In this document: in pieces, positions 54,055-63,786 of the stretch | Numbering within the stretch: the stretch's first letter is position 1 | Layout of the letters: each line of letters opens with the position of its first letter | Origin: Patescibacteria group bacterium | Lineage (GTDB): Bacteria > Omnitrophota > Gorgyraeia > Gygaellales > Profunditerraquicolaceae | Direction: 5' to 3' | DNA: 64,000 bases | Assembly (NCBI GenBank): GCA_035506195.1 | Contig: DATJPV010000025.1 | Location: 22,494-86,493 of the forward strand | Translations under genes and position numbers: made by a program | The notes under the pieces: generated by a model | Told to the model about the DNA's origin: nothing | What the model saw: only the letters and a program-made list of their open reading frames with translations | Databases searched by the model: none

Positions 54055-54375
54055 TTATCCTTTCAGGTTTCGTATTCTTCTGGTATCGAGGGACTCGTTG
54101 TAGCTGCGGATCCCCAGGACAACGCCGACCGCAACCGTCATCACGACGACCTCGATGACGATAAGGGTTATCACCAGCGCCTGCGCCAGCGCCGCATGAT
54201 ACGTTACGTATCCGACGGTAACCAACAGCAGCGTCACCGCCTTGAACAGCAGCTCAAGGCCGATAAGCGCCCGTATCAGGTTGCGCGTGACCAGCACGCA
54301 ATATAAGCCGACCACGGAGAGCATGATAATGAAAAGGCTAAACGGCCACAGTACCCCCAAGACCCCGTTACTCAC
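54055..54375 (-). CDS. MrpC/NuoK-like antiporter subunit
   Basis: The only in-frame ATG (MLSVVGLYCV, 54324) would truncate the N-terminus. A GTG at 54375 overlaps the upstream stop (GTGA) and gives ~106 aa with 3 TM helices, as in MnhC. Confidence 0.6.
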   Translation of the reverse strand: MSNGVLGVLWPFSLFIIMLSVVGLYCVLVTRNLIRALIGLELLFKAVTLLLVTVGYVTYHAALAQALVITLIVIEVVVMTVAVGVVLGIRSYNESLDTRRIRNLKG

Positions 54376-54860
54376 TTCTTCACCCTCTCCTTGAACAGTA
54401 TGACCACGCCGAATACGCCGGTCAAAAGTACGATGATCTGGCCCATGACATCGACCTGCCTTAGGCTCCATAAGACATTGCGCGCCTCTTTTACCGCTTC
54501 GGGGGCAGGCAGGTCTATGGGCGGCTTTATTTTCAGCAGGCTTAAGATAACCCCTAACGCGATGAGTAAGAACGGCAGGAACCAGAACCTGGCACGCCGC
54601 TCTCTCATGTGCGCAAGTATCTCCTTGCGGGTCAGCGGATGCGTAAGGCTGATGGTACTGATGAACAACACCGAGATCAACCCGGTACATACCGACAGCT
54701 CAAAGACCGCCGCCAGAGAGGAATCCAGTCTGATCATGAGTATGGTCAATATCGCGCTGGTGAGGGCAAGCCCTATGGCCGAACGCAATAAGCTTCGCGT
54801 CAACACTGTCCAGAGCGAAGCTGCAAGCAGGCTCAAAAGGATGGCTATATTGACCGACAC
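54372..54860 (-). CDS. MrpB/MnhB-like antiporter subunit
   Basis: 162 aa, 4 TM helices, MnhB-domain-like. Confidence 0.6.
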   Translation of the reverse strand: MSVNIAILLSLLAASLWTVLTRSLLRSAIGLALTSAILTILMIRLDSSLAAVFELSVCTGLISVLFISTISLTHPLTRKEILAHMRERRARFWFLPFLLIALGVILSLLKIKPPIDLPAPEAVKEARNVLWSLRQVDVMGQIIVLLTGVFGVVILFKERVKK

Positions 54861-54861
54861 G

Positions 54862-56286
54862 TTATCCCCCCAGTAAGTTGCCTTTTAAAAGGATGCTCAC
54901 AAAAGGAAAGAGCAACCCTACGCCGACCGTGATCACCGCCAGGATGAGCGCCGGAAGCATCAGGACGGGCCCGGCCTCCTCGATCTCAGCCATGTCCTGG
55001 CCTAGCTTCCCGAAGAAGATCTTTCTTTGCATGGTAAGAAGATACGCAAGCGTCAGGAGGCTTGCCAATACCGCCAACATCGCATACGCATAATGCCCCG
55101 AGGCCCACAGGGCGATGACGATGATCAATTTACTCCAAAAGCCTGCCAGGGGCGGTATCCCTGCGCAGGACAGGCTTGCCAGGACCGAAGTAAAGCCTGT
55201 CACCGGCATTCTTTTCGCCAGGCCCGATAGCTTATCCATCTGCACCGTCCCCGTCTCCAGCTCCACGGCCGCGGAGTCGACGAACAAAAGCGATTTAAAG
55301 ACCGCGTGGTTGAATACATGGAAAATCGCGCCGGCCAGGCCCAGCGGCGTAGCGGCCCCCAGGCCCAGCACGATGTAGCCTACCTGACTTATGCTGGAAT
55401 ACGCAAGCATGCGTTTAAGGTCGCGCTGCCCCAGGGCTGCCAGAGCCCCTGCGATCATCGAAACCGCCCCCAGCGCAAGCAGCAGATGCTGCAGGGAGCG
55501 GTCAAGCACGAATACCGAATTCACTATGCGTATCAGCGTATATACGCCGACGGTCTTTGTCGCAATCCCGGCTAAAAGCACCGATACCGATGTGGGCGCC
55601 GCAGAATAGACGTCGGGAAGCCAGCCGTGAAACGGCATGAGCCCCGCTTTAATGAAACAGGCACACAGGAAAATGCCGACCGCCAGGCTGATCAACAACC
55701 TGTGCGGGGACAGCCTCACGGTGGAGGCGATCGCCGAAAAGCTCGTATCTCCCGCAAGCAGCAGTATTATGGCGATCGACGAAAGCATCAACGCGGTAGC
55801 GATAACCGAAAGGATTATATATTTGAAAGCCGCCTCGAACGCATCCAGGTCCTGGTTGAACCCGATGAGGATAAAAGAGCTGACCGCGGTAATCTCCAGG
55901 AATACGTACAGCGAAAAGATATCCCTGACCATGACAATGCCGTTCATGCCGACCAAAATTATCAGCAGCATGTTCACGAAATTGAATATCCGTTCCTTGT
56001 CGCCGAGGATGGACTTCTGCACCAAGAGCGTCACGCACAGGATAAGGGCTATCGAAAACAAAAGCACGCGGCTGAGGTTATCCGCCGTAAAATCCAATTT
56101 AAAGAGCGTCTTGAAGATGTCGAAAAAGCTGCAGCCGGGAAAAATCGCAGAGAATACGACCAGGCACATCTGCGCAAGCAGCAACACAAGGCAGGCCCAA
56201 AAGGCCGCCTTTTTCATGGTGGTCCTGAACGGCAGATTCAGGATTATCACGCTAAAAAACGGTATCAGGATCAAGTACGCGTACAT
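54862..56286 (-). CDS. NuoL/M/N-family proton-translocating antiporter-like subunit (MrpD-like)
   Basis: 474 aa, 14 TM helices, conserved complex-I antiporter core (MPFHGWLPDVYSAAPT, SQVGYI). Confidence 0.8.
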   Translation of the reverse strand: MYAYLILIPFFSVIILNLPFRTTMKKAAFWACLVLLLAQMCLVVFSAIFPGCSFFDIFKTLFKLDFTADNLSRVLLFSIALILCVTLLVQKSILGDKERIFNFVNMLLIILVGMNGIVMVRDIFSLYVFLEITAVSSFILIGFNQDLDAFEAAFKYIILSVIATALMLSSIAIILLLAGDTSFSAIASTVRLSPHRLLISLAVGIFLCACFIKAGLMPFHGWLPDVYSAAPTSVSVLLAGIATKTVGVYTLIRIVNSVFVLDRSLQHLLLALGAVSMIAGALAALGQRDLKRMLAYSSISQVGYIVLGLGAATPLGLAGAIFHVFNHAVFKSLLFVDSAAVELETGTVQMDKLSGLAKRMPVTGFTSVLASLSCAGIPPLAGFWSKLIIVIALWASGHYAYAMLAVLASLLTLAYLLTMQRKIFFGKLGQDMAEIEEAGPVLMLPALILAVITVGVGLLFPFVSILLKGNLLGG

Positions 56287-56293
56287 TGCGCTC

Positions 56294-58132
56294 CTACCTC
56301 GAACAAATCAAAAAGATCGTGACGACTATCAGCCCGATCAAAGACCAGCTTAAGTAAGTAGAATAATTTCCCGTATGCCATCTGCGGATGCGATGGCTCA
56401 AGGCAGCGGCCAGGTTAACCGTGAATCCGTCATACAGCCAGTCTATCGCCCTGTCGCACCAGAAGACGGCGCCTGCGACGTAGCCTGCTACTTTCAAACC
56501 TATATCATAAGGGTCGAAGAATCTTTTCTCGGCCTTTGCGTAGATCCCGGACAAGACGGGGGCGTAGTGGATATGGTCGGTGGCCTTCAGGGCGCTGCCC
56601 TTCTTTTTGGCCGCCCAAAGATGGCTCGCCAGGGCCGCAGCCAGCACGATCAGGGTGATTACCACAAGCAGCGTATTCTCCGGCAGGCCGGCGAAATCAT
56701 GGCCCTGCAGCCTGTACGGGCCGACGATGGGCTGGATAAGGGCGCGTAAAGGCAGATGATTGTATACGCCGAACAGGATGCATAAAAAGGCAATGCCCAG
56801 CATCGGCAGGAGCATGGAAAACGGTGCTTCTTTGACCTGTTTATTTTTTTCCTCTATTTTTCCCAGGAAGGCCGCATGCCCGAGCTTTAAGAATGATAGC
56901 GCGGTGAAAAACGACCCCAGGGCCGCAGCGCCGTAAAAGACCCAACCCCTCTGCAGCGCGCCGTCATACACAAGCTCTTTCGAGAAAAAGCCGTTTAAGG
57001 GAGGAACCCCGGAGATGGCAACTGCGCTTACGATAAAGCAGGCGAACGTCACCGGCATCCGGCTGCCGATACCGCCCAGCGCTGCCAGCTCGGTCGTGCC
57101 CGCCTGTTTTTCTACGGCGCCGCCGGTAAGGAACAGGCAGCTCTTGTAGAGCGCGTGGTTGATCATGTGGAACAGGCCGCCCACTATCCCCGCCGGGACT
57201 GCCGTGCCGATACCCAGGATCATATACCCCACCTGGCTGACGGCATGGTAAGACAATAACCGCTTATAATCCTTTTGGATCAATGCCATCATGACGGCAA
57301 AGAGTATGGTTACGGCTCCGACGGCCATCAGCAGGATGCTGACCGGCGAATCGGCTCCCAGGGCAAACATGTCCAGAGAGATCCTCGCCAATAGGTATAT
57401 CCCCAGGAGTTTTTCCAGTGCCGCAGGCACCAGGGCCATAAAAGGCAGAGGCGCATCAACCGCAGCGTCGGGGATCCAGCTGTGGAAGGGCATGGCGCCG
57501 GCCTTGGAGATCGCCCCGATCATCAACAGAATGAACCCCAGGCTCCCCCAGCCGTCCAGAGAAAGGTGTATCCGGGACATCTCCAGCGTCCCGGCAAGGC
57601 TGCCCGTCAGCGCCACCCCCAGCATCAGGCACAGGTCGGTAATGCCCACGATAACGAATGCCTTGGTGGCGGTCTTAAACGCAGCCTTGCTGGCGATGGC
57701 GATCATGCCGAAAAGGGCCAGAAGCAGCCCCTCCCAGAAGAAAAGCATCACTACTAAATTATCCGCAAGGACTGCGCCGCTGGTAAAAGAAACGTTCAAT
57801 AATAAATACGCGTAAAATTGCTTAAGGCAGGGCCTCTGCCGCATGAAGACGGTAGAATATAAGGCGATCAGGAACCCGAAGCCGGCAACGGCAAGAATGA
57901 TGAAGGCGCTAAAGTGGTATAACCTAAGCGAAAACTCAAGGCCCCAGCCAAGCCAGGGCAAGGAGAAAACGAGTTCCTTTTTGAACAGCCCGGCGGTCAG
58001 GGCCAGCTGCAACAGGACAGCTGTCAGGGCCAGGCCTTCGGTGATCGCCCGGAACCTCCGGGGAACCAACAGGACCAATACCCCGGCAAAGAAAGGAAGA
58101 AGTATGGGTAAAAGCAAGGTCATATCCGTCAT
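56294..58132 (-). CDS. NuoL-family antiporter-like subunit (MrpA-like)
   Basis: ORF to 58459, but the likely start is MTDMTLLL at 58132, where an ATGA overlap with the upstream stop occurs. 613 aa with MPFHSWIPDAAVDAP and SQVGYM motifs and a long C-terminal extension typical of NuoL/MrpA. Confidence 0.8.
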   Translation of the reverse strand: MTDMTLLLPILLPFFAGVLVLLVPRRFRAITEGLALTAVLLQLALTAGLFKKELVFSLPWLGWGLEFSLRLYHFSAFIILAVAGFGFLIALYSTVFMRQRPCLKQFYAYLLLNVSFTSGAVLADNLVVMLFFWEGLLLALFGMIAIASKAAFKTATKAFVIVGITDLCLMLGVALTGSLAGTLEMSRIHLSLDGWGSLGFILLMIGAISKAGAMPFHSWIPDAAVDAPLPFMALVPAALEKLLGIYLLARISLDMFALGADSPVSILLMAVGAVTILFAVMMALIQKDYKRLLSYHAVSQVGYMILGIGTAVPAGIVGGLFHMINHALYKSCLFLTGGAVEKQAGTTELAALGGIGSRMPVTFACFIVSAVAISGVPPLNGFFSKELVYDGALQRGWVFYGAAALGSFFTALSFLKLGHAAFLGKIEEKNKQVKEAPFSMLLPMLGIAFLCILFGVYNHLPLRALIQPIVGPYRLQGHDFAGLPENTLLVVITLIVLAAALASHLWAAKKKGSALKATDHIHYAPVLSGIYAKAEKRFFDPYDIGLKVAGYVAGAVFWCDRAIDWLYDGFTVNLAAALSHRIRRWHTGNYSTYLSWSLIGLIVVTIFLICSR

Positions 58133-59577
58133 CGAGCCATCCCCAGCATGCCTGCGGTGACTGCCTGAGCAAATCCGGCAGGATAATTGATAAAGATCCC
58201 GCTCAAGAGCGAAAGCAGGGCCAACAGGGCCACGCTTGCCACCATCACGGGGCTGGACTCTTTCGGCCAGGGAGCCTGCGCCTGGCCGAGGAATACCAGA
58301 TTGAATACCCTGAACAGATACAGGATCGTCAAGAACGCGCAGAGCAGGAACGCAAAACTGATCCAGAGCTGCCCTGCTTCGATCGCTCCGGCAAAGACCA
58401 GATATTTGCTGAAGAACCCTCCGAACGGCGGTATCCCCATGACGGAAAACGCACAGCACAAAAACGATACCGCGGTTACCGGCATGGTAGTAATGAGCCC
58501 GCCGAGCTTGGTGATGTCCCTGATCTTGGTGTTCTGCTCGATGATCCCTGCGCAGAGGAACAGCCCTGCCTTGGCGATACCGTGCATGAGTATGTACAAC
58601 AGGCCTCCGGCAACCGCCATGAGGTTACCTACGGCCAAGCCGAAGAAAATGAAACCTATCTGGCTGATCGTAGAATAGGCGATGAGCCGTTTCAAGTCTG
58701 TTTCTACCAGCGCCGCTCCCGCGGAAACGATTGCGCTGGCCAGCGCGATGACCGGCACCGCCGTATGCCAGAAAGCGGCAACCGGGAATGTGACGACAAA
58801 AAGCCGGGCGAACACATACACGCCTATCTTAACCAGGATCGCGGCGTGCAGCAACGCGGTGACCGGAGAAGGCGCCACGCCGGCATCAGGCAGCCAGGTA
58901 TGAAAGGGCAGGGTTGCGGACTTGGAGAATATGCCGACCAGGATCAACAGGACCGTAAGGCCGGTCAGAGAACCTCCCTTAAGGCTTGCCTTTATGGCGG
59001 AAAATTCAAACGAGCCGGCCTGCTGGTAGATAATGATGAACCCGATAAGCATGGCCAGGGCGCCGAAAACGGTGACCAGGAATGCCTTGTCGGCCTTCAA
59101 CACATACTCCTTCTCCCGGAAAAACCCGATCAAGCGCCAGCTGGTTATCGCGGTGATCTCCCAGAATATATACAATAGGATCAGGTGCGCGGCAAAGATC
59201 AGCCCCATCATCGCGCCGATGAACAGGGTTACCATGGAATAATACTCATTCTGGTTTTCGTAATGGCTGATATAGCCGAAGGAATACAGCACGATTATCG
59301 CGCTGATCAAAGAGGAGACGCAGGCCATGAATACCGCAAGGCCGTCCGCAAGGAAGACAAGGCTTATCCCGGGTACAAGCGGTATGTTGACCGGGATCGC
59401 TTCATTGCGCAATACGGGCGCGATCATCCGCAGGGAAGCGGCAAAAGGAACGAGGATAAAGCCTAACGCCAGCGCATTCCTGAGCCGTAAGGAGACCCTG
59501 CCTGCCAGGGGAAGGATACATGCCCCTGCAAGCGGCACGAACACCGCGCTCAACAGCAACAGATCATATCTGACCAT
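58129..59577 (-). CDS. NuoL/M/N-family antiporter-like subunit (MrpD-like), first gene of the hydrogenase operon
   Basis: 482 aa with LPFHTWLPDAGVAPSPV and SQIGFIF motifs. An AAGG Shine-Dalgarno lies 8 nt upstream. Confidence 0.8.
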   Translation of the reverse strand: MVRYDLLLLSAVFVPLAGACILPLAGRVSLRLRNALALGFILVPFAASLRMIAPVLRNEAIPVNIPLVPGISLVFLADGLAVFMACVSSLISAIIVLYSFGYISHYENQNEYYSMVTLFIGAMMGLIFAAHLILLYIFWEITAITSWRLIGFFREKEYVLKADKAFLVTVFGALAMLIGFIIIYQQAGSFEFSAIKASLKGGSLTGLTVLLILVGIFSKSATLPFHTWLPDAGVAPSPVTALLHAAILVKIGVYVFARLFVVTFPVAAFWHTAVPVIALASAIVSAGAALVETDLKRLIAYSTISQIGFIFFGLAVGNLMAVAGGLLYILMHGIAKAGLFLCAGIIEQNTKIRDITKLGGLITTMPVTAVSFLCCAFSVMGIPPFGGFFSKYLVFAGAIEAGQLWISFAFLLCAFLTILYLFRVFNLVFLGQAQAPWPKESSPVMVASVALLALLSLLSGIFINYPAGFAQAVTAGMLGMAR

Positions 59578-59598
59578 CTTTTACCTTAATAAAAAGAA

Positions 59599-59622
59599 AA
59601 CCAGAGAAGTAGTTCTCTGGTT
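59599..59622 (-). terminator. hairpin plus T-run in the leader of the hydrogenase operon (terminator of upstream gene and/or attenuator)
   Basis: Minus strand: AACCAGAGAA-CTAC-TTCTCTGGTT, followed by TTCTTTTTATT. Confidence 0.45.
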
Positions 59623-59650
59623 ACTTCTTCTCATCCATTTTATGTAGGTA

Positions 59651-59678
59651 AATATATCACAAAACGCGCTTTTGTCAA
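59651..59678 (-). promoter_or_regulatory. sigma70-type promoter (TTGACA-N16-TGaTATATT) for the hydrogenase operon
   Basis: Minus strand: ATTTGACAaaagcgcgttttgTGaTATATT. The predicted TSS is near 59644, which places the hairpin/T-run inside a ~65-nt leader. Confidence 0.4.
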
Positions 59679-59685
59679 ATTGTTT

Positions 59686-60978
59686 TCAAGACTTGTTCTC
59701 GCAGGCGCCCTGCCGTGATTGCGCGGGATCCCGGGAGAATATCCAGTCGGAAACCGCGCTGGCCCGCTGCGCCTGTTGAACTGCCTTGATAAACGCCTGG
59801 TCGCGGCGGAACAAGCGGAAAAACGCGGCGGCATAGGAGGCGATCAGGCGGCCCAGGCGAAATACATAACACAGATATATCTTCGGGGAAGAAACCGGCA
59901 CCGGATACATGCGCGCCAGGTTCTCCTTTGAGGGAAAGGCCTTTCTAAAAAAGGCCGAAACCCGGCTTCCGGCCCCTTTCATTTTCTGTATGTTTGAAAG
60001 TTGATTGATCCTCATTACGGCTTGCTGGCCTGATGAACCCACATCAAGGACTTGCCTGAGGGCCTCATCGAGAAAAACAGGCCGGTAATCAGGGGGTTTT
60101 ATTACTTGCAGTATTTCATCCGGCGGCGCCGCTTCCAGCAATTCCCGGACCAACAGCAACACCAGGTACACGCACTTTTGGCCGCCCCAACGCGTGGCCC
60201 GTTCAGCCACGATGCGCCAGTCGATCTTAACTGCGGATGTTCTTATCAATTCGGCCAAGTCGCATAAATGGATCAGGCATAATTCGGTCTCCAGGTGCAC
60301 ACACGCATGGATGCACAAATGCAGGAAGAGGTCCTCCGGTGACAAAGCCAGGGCATCTAACGCGTCTACCTTGATAAGGCGCGCCCTCTCCCAGACTCCG
60401 TCAAGGTCTACTTTTATGGGGCTATCCGTAGTCACGATGTCCCAGTGCAGCTCGATAACCGTCCCCCTCTTATTCGTAAAAAGCGGCAGGTGATGGTAGA
60501 TCTTCCGCGTGCTCTCCCAGGCAGGAAAGTCCTGGCGATAACCGAGATCCAATAATATCCGGCCGGCCTTGACCAGGTCTTCCTCTTTCACTAAAAAATC
60601 CATATCGCACATCGGCCTTAACGCAATATCGCCATAGATGTTTTTTGCCAGACAAAGGCCCTTGAGCGCAATGACCGGCACTTGATTGCCGGCCAGAGAC
60701 GCAAGGATGCCTGCGGCATCGAAAAAAAGGTTCATGTTTATAACCGCGCGGTTGCGGTATTCTTCCTTGAGCCTGTTGCGGACGGCATCCGGGATAAGCC
60801 CGGCCGGAATATTGCGGGACTTTATCTGCCGATAGAACAACCCTGCCACCCTGGAATATTGGGACAGGGCGACCAGGCCCTCCCAATCAACCGGCGATAA
60901 TTCTGCCAGACTTGCGTGCGGTATTTCTCTGCCGGAAAGGAAATTACATAAAAGCCTGCAGGCTTCTCTTTTTTCCAT
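59686..60978 (-). CDS. PF14907-type (NTP_transf_5) nucleotidyltransferase-family protein
   Basis: 430 aa with paired acidic motifs (CDMDFLV and IELHWDI) as in the polymerase-beta-like nucleotidyltransferase superfamily. Confidence 0.55.
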   Translation of the reverse strand: MEKREACRLLCNFLSGREIPHASLAELSPVDWEGLVALSQYSRVAGLFYRQIKSRNIPAGLIPDAVRNRLKEEYRNRAVINMNLFFDAAGILASLAGNQVPVIALKGLCLAKNIYGDIALRPMCDMDFLVKEEDLVKAGRILLDLGYRQDFPAWESTRKIYHHLPLFTNKRGTVIELHWDIVTTDSPIKVDLDGVWERARLIKVDALDALALSPEDLFLHLCIHACVHLETELCLIHLCDLAELIRTSAVKIDWRIVAERATRWGGQKCVYLVLLLVRELLEAAPPDEILQVIKPPDYRPVFLDEALRQVLDVGSSGQQAVMRINQLSNIQKMKGAGSRVSAFFRKAFPSKENLARMYPVPVSSPKIYLCYVFRLGRLIASYAAAFFRLFRRDQAFIKAVQQAQRASAVSDWIFSRDPAQSRQGACENKS

Positions 60979-62122
60979 GGGATATTTTGAACCCTAGCCT
61001 CTTTATGGTTTTTGATGCCGCGGCGGCGGCTAACCGAAAGAACCCTTCCTTACCCCAGTACAACCGCAGGAATTCCATAAATGCGGATATACTCTTTTTT
61101 TTCTTGGCATAGATCAGGTAGCGATAAAAATTGGCCGGCAGCATGCCCGTGATGTCATTGCTGTTGGTTTCCGCCCGCCAGGCCATGCGCTCGATTTCGG
61201 AGACCCGGGCCGCTGCGAACTCCCGGAGCACTTCCTGCGGGACGAGGATACCGACCAACTCATTCAAATAATCCGAGTTGTTTTTTACCGATAAGGAAAA
61301 AGACATCTTTTGGGCGTATCCGATCAGCCGCTGCCAATCGATCGGCGCCCGGATGTCGTTTAACAGCAGGGCCGCGTCAGCTACCCAGCGCAGATCGGCG
61401 CCGCCGTCTCTTCGGCCGCGGCGCATTAATATATACAACAACTGGTCCGTGGGGTTCAGGACGCGTACCGGCAGGCTGTCAAATTGCATTGCCAGGGAAT
61501 CTCTCCAGAAATCATCTTCGGCACCGGCTACGCAATATCCGCGGAACAGGCGCCAATGCAGGTCAAGATCGTGTCCTTGCGCGTCCCGAAAACCGCGCGC
61601 ATCCCGGACGCTCTGGGTGAGCCGGTTAAGCGGCCAATCCTGAAGCGGCTGCCAGCCCGCACCCGAAAGAAGCTCAACGGCACGCGGAAGGTCTGCCTGC
61701 CGGATCATGACATCGAAATCCGTCATCGAACGCAGGCCGCAATCTTTGTAATAAAATAAGGCTAACGGCGCTCCCCCGATGATCATCGTCGCGATCCCGG
61801 TATTCTCCAATAGACACAGCGCCGAATGCATGGCGTGGAACAACATCTGGTTTTTATACCAGGCCTGCCGATAGACCCCTTTAAGCCTTTCTAAGTCCCG
61901 GTCCTGGACGCCGTGAAAAACAAGGTTTTTATAAAGAAGCGGCAATATCCGGAAAGAGTTCCTGTCGATGTTGCCGATATCAACGCGGGACTTGAATTCA
62001 TCCCAGGCCCCCAGCGCCTCTTTGGTCTTCAGGAGGCTGGCGCGTAAAAGCAGTTCCTGGTCCGGGGTGAATGAGGATTTATCGCGGAACAGCGTAGGGG
62101 TTGTTGGTCCCATATTTTTCAT
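60944..62122 (-). CDS. PF14907-type nucleotidyltransferase-family protein, paralogue
   Basis: 392 aa with the same motif pair (TDFDVMI and DLDLHWRLF). Confidence 0.55.
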   Translation of the reverse strand: MKNMGPTTPTLFRDKSSFTPDQELLLRASLLKTKEALGAWDEFKSRVDIGNIDRNSFRILPLLYKNLVFHGVQDRDLERLKGVYRQAWYKNQMLFHAMHSALCLLENTGIATMIIGGAPLALFYYKDCGLRSMTDFDVMIRQADLPRAVELLSGAGWQPLQDWPLNRLTQSVRDARGFRDAQGHDLDLHWRLFRGYCVAGAEDDFWRDSLAMQFDSLPVRVLNPTDQLLYILMRRGRRDGGADLRWVADAALLLNDIRAPIDWQRLIGYAQKMSFSLSVKNNSDYLNELVGILVPQEVLREFAAARVSEIERMAWRAETNSNDITGMLPANFYRYLIYAKKKKSISAFMEFLRLYWGKEGFFRLAAAAASKTIKRLGFKISHGKKRSLQAFM

Positions 62123-63785
62123 TCACGCTGCGAGGCACCAAATGCCCGTCCCTTAACAGGTAGGCGCATTGGGCCTGTTCTAATATCTCCGTATCGTGGC
62201 TGATGACGAGCTTTGCCATGGAGCGGTCAAGCTTGGCGAGATTCCCTAATATCTGCTGGATGATCTCGCGTTCAAGGTGGTTCGTGGGCTCATCGAGGAT
62301 CAGGAATCTTGGTTTACCCAACAATGCCCTGGCAATGGCGATGCGCTGGCGCTGGCCGCCCGAAAGAAGCATCCCGTTTTCGCCCGCATACGTCTCATAC
62401 CCGCGGGGTAATTCCTGAATAAACCCGTGGGCCAACGCCGTTTCTGCGGCCTGCGCAACTTCTTTCAAGCTTGCGCCGGGACAACCGTAGGTGATATTCT
62501 GCAGGATCGTGCCGGGGAAGATAATCGGCTCCTGCCGGACCACCCGCATGACCCTGCGCAGCTGTGCGATATCCAGCTCGTCATAAGAAAAAGCATCCGC
62601 CAGCAGCTGCCCCTTTTGCGGGCGGTAGAACCCAAGGATAAGATTGACGATCGTGCTCTTGCCTGCGCCGCTTGGGCCCGAAAGGACCACGGTCTGGCCC
62701 GAGAGAATTTCGAGATTGACATCCTCGAATAAGGGCCGGCCTTTCTCGTTATACTGGAAGGAAACATGTTCAAGGGCGATCCTTCCCTTGAAATAGATGC
62801 GCTTTTTCCCTGAATAGGGCGTCGGCTCGTTTATTTCGAACCAGGAATGGAGCGTCTCCAGCGACTCCCTGCCCTCGCTGACGAAAGGCGCTGCGGCAAA
62901 TATCATTTGAAGCTGGCCGCGCAAAAGGGCGACCGCGGTGTAAAAAGACAGGAATTCCCCCAGGGACATTTTCTTCGAAACCACCAGGATCCCTCCGCCG
63001 ACCAGGACCACCGCACCGGAACAGGCAACCAAAGTGCTTTGAATGATACTGTACATATTGTTCATCCATTCCTTGTGCTGGCCTGCGTAGCGTAATTTTT
63101 CGATGTATGTCCGCTGCCTCGCCATCTCATCCTGCTCGGCGGATTGGGTCCTTGTCAGATCCATCATCTGCAGCGTAAATAATATGCCTTTGCTGAATGT
63201 TTCGAAAGAGCGGTGAAAAATACGGACACGCCTCTGCACGAGCCTGCCCGCTATCTTACCCGTCAGAAATAATAACGGAACAAAAAGGCTCATCAGGACG
63301 AACAAAAACCAGTTAAAGTGTATCAGGATAACGCTGATGGCTATGCAGACTAAAAAAGCCGGGAGGATCTGGGAAAAAAGCGCCCGGTTCATATTATCGA
63401 GGCGCTCCGTATCCTGCACCACGATAGCGTGCAGCTTGCTGCGGTCCAGATCGCTATAAAAATAACGCGGGAAGATATAGAATTTCTGAAGGATTTCGTT
63501 TCGCAGCCGCTGGATGACTACCTTGGTGATGCTGGTGGTCGCTTTGCGCACGCCCAAGAGGATCGCCGAGCTTACCATATAGAGCAAAATAATGACACAT
63601 CCCACCGCCACCAGGGTGTACAGCCGGCCGGTCGAAGCCGTAGCGTCGAAGGCATAGCGGATCAGAATAAGAACCGCCATGTTCACCAGCGCCTGGGCTC
63701 CCGAAAAAAGCATCGCCAGCGAAAGCCTCGCAGCGCTACCTTTATAGAAGCGATAATAATAACGCCCCAACTGAAGGTTTGTCAT
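62079..63785 (-). CDS. ABC exporter, fused transmembrane and ATP-binding domains (type I exporter, MsbA-like fold)
   Basis: 6 TM helices, then an NBD with Walker A GPSGAGKST, signature LSGGQRQR and Walker B LILDEPT. Confidence 0.85.
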   Translation of the reverse strand: MTNLQLGRYYYRFYKGSAARLSLAMLFSGAQALVNMAVLILIRYAFDATASTGRLYTLVAVGCVIILLYMVSSAILLGVRKATTSITKVVIQRLRNEILQKFYIFPRYFYSDLDRSKLHAIVVQDTERLDNMNRALFSQILPAFLVCIAISVILIHFNWFLFVLMSLFVPLLFLTGKIAGRLVQRRVRIFHRSFETFSKGILFTLQMMDLTRTQSAEQDEMARQRTYIEKLRYAGQHKEWMNNMYSIIQSTLVACSGAVVLVGGGILVVSKKMSLGEFLSFYTAVALLRGQLQMIFAAAPFVSEGRESLETLHSWFEINEPTPYSGKKRIYFKGRIALEHVSFQYNEKGRPLFEDVNLEILSGQTVVLSGPSGAGKSTIVNLILGFYRPQKGQLLADAFSYDELDIAQLRRVMRVVRQEPIIFPGTILQNITYGCPGASLKEVAQAAETALAHGFIQELPRGYETYAGENGMLLSGGQRQRIAIARALLGKPRFLILDEPTNHLEREIIQQILGNLAKLDRSMAKLVISHDTEILEQAQCAYLLRDGHLVPRSVNEKYGTNNPYAVPR

Positions 63786-63786
63786 T

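Noticed and set aside
55627-56353. Two overlapping plus-strand ORFs of 231-238 aa
   Set aside because: They are antisense to an NuoL/M/N-like antiporter gene. They are highly charged and low-complexity.
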